The notes below the pieces were generated by a model. It saw only the letters and a list, made by a program, of their open reading frames with translations. It had not been told where the DNA came from and did not search any database. A stretch of 64,000 bases of DNA from Desulfomonilia bacterium (GTDB taxonomy: Bacteria; Desulfobacterota; Desulfomonilia; UBA1062): NCBI GenBank assembly GCA_050014195.1, contig JBEKDT010000001.1, positions 352,001 to 416,000 on the forward strand, written 5' to 3'. The position numbers were made by a program, and so were the translations under genes. How positions within the stretch are numbered: the stretch's first letter is position 1; each line of letters starts with the position of its first letter. Below are positions 61,492-64,000 of this stretch, one piece after another.

Positions 61492-62726
61492 TGCCTTTTG
61501 TAAACCCCCACGACATTGAAGTGGTTATACTCGCGGGCGGAAAGGGCGAACGGCTCTATCCTCTGACCAAAGACCGCGCCAAGCCCGCGGTGCCTTTCGC
61601 CGGGATGTACCGCATCATTGACTTTACCCTGTCCAACTGTGTGAATTCCGACCTCAAGAAAATTTATGTACTCTCACAATACAAGTCCCACTCTTTAAAC
61701 CGCCATATCCAGCAGGGATGGCTCTCGTTCTTCTCATATCCCATGGGTGAGTTTATCTATGACATCCCGGCACAGCAGCGGATCGGGAACAGTTGGTACG
61801 AGGGCACGGCCGATGCGGTTTTCCAGAACATCTATTCCCTCCAGCATGACATGCCCGGTTATACCCTGATTCTCTCAGGTGACCACATCTACCAGATGAA
61901 CTATATGGAGATGATACAGTCCCACGTGCGGAGAAAGGCGGATGTGACCATAGGGGTTGTCCCGATGCCCGTTGAAACTGCCTCTCAGTTCGGTGTGATC
62001 AAAGCGGATAAGGGCATGAACGTAGTGGGTTTCCAGGAAAAACCCAAGAAGGAACCCTTCACCATGCAGGGCGATGCAAGCAAGGTCATGGTCTCCATGG
62101 GGATCTATGTGTTCGACACCAAGACACTCATCCGCAAGCTCGTGGAGGATGCAAAGCTGAAGTCGAGCTCACATGATTTCGGCAAGGACATTATCCCGCG
62201 CATGGTTAAGCACAACAAGATCATGGTATATCCATTTAAGGGCATCATGGGAAATGGCTACTGGCGCGACATCGGCACGCTCGATGCCTACTACGAGGCC
62301 AACATGGACCTGGTATCCGTCACACCCCAATGTAACCTTTATCATCCCAACTGGCCGGTGCATACGGTCTATAGTCCCTTCCCGCCGGCAAAGATGGTCT
62401 TCTCCGGAGGTAAGGACGGCAAGCGCATCGGCATGGTGCTGGACTCCATTATCTGTGACGGTGCCATTGTCTCGGGCGGGAAGGTCGAACGTTCCATCAT
62501 CTCGCCCAATGTCAGGGTCCACAGTTATTCCGAGATTGAGGATTCCATGCTCATGGAAGGTGTTGAGATCGGGAGGAATTGCAAGATCAGGCGTACCATT
62601 ATAGACAAATACGTCAAGATACCGCCCCGAACAATAATCGGTTATGATCCGGAGGACGACAAGAAAAGGTTCGATGTCTCTCCCGGCGGGATTGTTGTTG
62701 TTTCCAAGAACACCATGTTCGATTGA
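61491..62726 (+). CDS. glgC: Glucose-1-phosphate adenylyltransferase
   Basis: LAGGKGERLYPLT..RAKPAVPF, GTADAV, SMGIYVF, YWRDIGT. Confidence 0.96.
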   Translation: MPFVNPHDIEVVILAGGKGERLYPLTKDRAKPAVPFAGMYRIIDFTLSNCVNSDLKKIYVLSQYKSHSLNRHIQQGWLSFFSYPMGEFIYDIPAQQRIGNSWYEGTADAVFQNIYSLQHDMPGYTLILSGDHIYQMNYMEMIQSHVRRKADVTIGVVPMPVETASQFGVIKADKGMNVVGFQEKPKKEPFTMQGDASKVMVSMGIYVFDTKTLIRKLVEDAKLKSSSHDFGKDIIPRMVKHNKIMVYPFKGIMGNGYWRDIGTLDAYYEANMDLVSVTPQCNLYHPNWPVHTVYSPFPPAKMVFSGGKDGKRIGMVLDSIICDGAIVSGGKVERSIISPNVRVHSYSEIEDSMLMEGVEIGRNCKIRRTIIDKYVKIPPRTIIGYDPEDDKKRFDVSPGGIVVVSKNTMFD

Positions 62727-62734
62727 TCAGGCTC

Positions 62735-64000
62735 ATGAAACGTATCGCCCTGGTGAGCCTCGGCTGCCCCAAGAATCTTGTGGACTCGGAATATATATGT
62801 GAGAGGTTCATAAAGGCAGATTATACCCTTGTCCAAAACCTTGAAGACGCCGATCTGGTCGTCGTGAACACCTGTTCTTTCCTCACTTCTGCAGTGGAGG
62901 AATCCGTCAATACCCTGCTGGACCTTGTCAAAAGCGGCAAGGAGGTGCTTTGCACCGGCTGCCTGGTAAGCAGGTACGGCCATGAGATTGCCAAGGAACT
63001 CCCTGAGATCCGCCTGTTTGCAGGGCCCGGTAGTTATGAAGGGATCGTGGATGCGTATGAGTCCGGCAGGAAATACCTCGAACCGTCCTTTGACTCCGTT
63101 GTGAAGAGATCATTCTTCTCCGGTACGGCAAGTGCTTATGTAAAGGTGAGCGAGGGGTGCGACAACCGCTGCAACTACTGTCTTATCCCATCGATCAGGG
63201 GGAGGCTTGTAAGCAAGTCAGTGGAAGAGGTGGTTGCCGAATGCCTGGACCTTGCCGGCAGTGGGGCAAAGGAGATCATCCTGGTGGCCCAGGACCTGGG
63301 CGGCTATGGAAAGGACCTGGCCTTGAAGGACGGCCTTAATAGACTTGTCGAGAAGATATCCGCCATCGATGCCGTCGAGTGGATCCGCCTCATGTACATC
63401 CATCCGGCATCGCTCACCAAGGCTCTGATGAGACAGTTCGACAGCAACCCCAAGGTGTGCCCGTATATCGACCTGCCCATCCAGCATGTCTCCGATACGG
63501 TTCTTAAGGCCATGGGAAGGCGGGGCGGCTCAAAGGCTGTTCGCAGGGCCTTTGATCTCATTCAAAAGACCCATAAGGATATCTGGGTAAGAACAAGCCT
63601 CATGGTGGGCCATCCGGGCGAAGACGATGAGGCCTTCAGCGAGCTGGAACACTTTGTTGCACAAGGGAACATTGACCATCTCGGTGTCTTTGCCTATTCA
63701 CCGGAGCCTGGCACGAAAAGCTCCTGCCGGCATAACAGGGCTGAAGGCAGTGTCGCCCTGAAGAGGAAGCGCAGGCTCATGGCCCTCCAACAGCGCCTCT
63801 CGAAAAAAAGACTTCACAAGCTCAGAGGGAACAGGATAAAAGTACTCATCGAGGGATACCACCCTGAAACCAAGCTCCTCCTGAGAGGCAGGGCACCATT
63901 CCAGGCCCCGGAGGTGGACGGCATGGTGATCATCAACGAGGGTGGGGCTGATGCCGGGACCATCGTGGAGGTTGAGATTACCGGTTCTTGGGAATATGAT
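62735..64000 (+). CDS. rimO: Ribosomal protein S12 methylthiotransferase RimO (3' end beyond window)
   Basis: MKRIALVSLGCPKNLVDSE, radical SAM CDNRCNYC, QAPEVDG; in frame to the window end. Confidence 0.93.
   Translation, partial: MKRIALVSLGCPKNLVDSEYICERFIKADYTLVQNLEDADLVVVNTCSFLTSAVEESVNTLLDLVKSGKEVLCTGCLVSRYGHEIAKELPEIRLFAGPGSYEGIVDAYESGRKYLEPSFDSVVKRSFFSGTASAYVKVSEGCDNRCNYCLIPSIRGRLVSKSVEEVVAECLDLAGSGAKEIILVAQDLGGYGKDLALKDGLNRLVEKISAIDAVEWIRLMYIHPASLTKALMRQFDSNPKVCPYIDLPIQHVSDTVLKAMGRRGGSKAVRRAFDLIQKTHKDIWVRTSLMVGHPGEDDEAFSELEHFVAQGNIDHLGVFAYSPEPGTKSSCRHNRAEGSVALKRKRRLMALQQRLSKKRLHKLRGNRIKVLIEGYHPETKLLLRGRAPFQAPEVDGMVIINEGGADAGTIVEVEITGSWEYD

Overview
This is a bacterial chromosomal window of about 50-55% GC. 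Its gene content and style suggest a deltaproteobacterium (Desulfobacterota-like); this is an inference. Left part: a truncated multi-PAS histidine kinase, an omptin-like protease, a degenerate class I adenylate cyclase homolog paired with a pseudo-receiver/TPR protein, and a eukaryote-type PFK-2/FBPase-2. These are followed by tRNA-Gln and tRNA-Glu, a decayed mobile-element remnant (umuD, PLD nuclease and DUF932 fragments), and a GlnRS fused to a Trbp111-like tRNA-binding domain. Middle: a PAS hybrid kinase and a sigma54 activator upstream of a sigma54-type promoter and a chemosensory cluster (Trx-like, mcp, cheW/R/D/B, a double-tip receptor-like protein, STAS, cheY, cheA with an MshEN-like insert). 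Then come a pncA pseudogene, ftsEX-envC-ctpA-yibQ, a NusG paralog and an hflX with an apparent non-AUG start. Right part is mostly housekeeping: AsmA/YhdP-like, serS-tRNA-Ser, an RPE-like palindrome, yhaM-like, hslUV-xerC, thiolase, a subtilase, rsmA-tsaD-pyrE-purB with embedded GGDEF and HDOD genes, metG, PSP1, exbBD-like, glgC and a partial rimO. No CRISPR array, rRNA or intact mobile element was seen. All family calls come from motif recognition by eye, not database searches.
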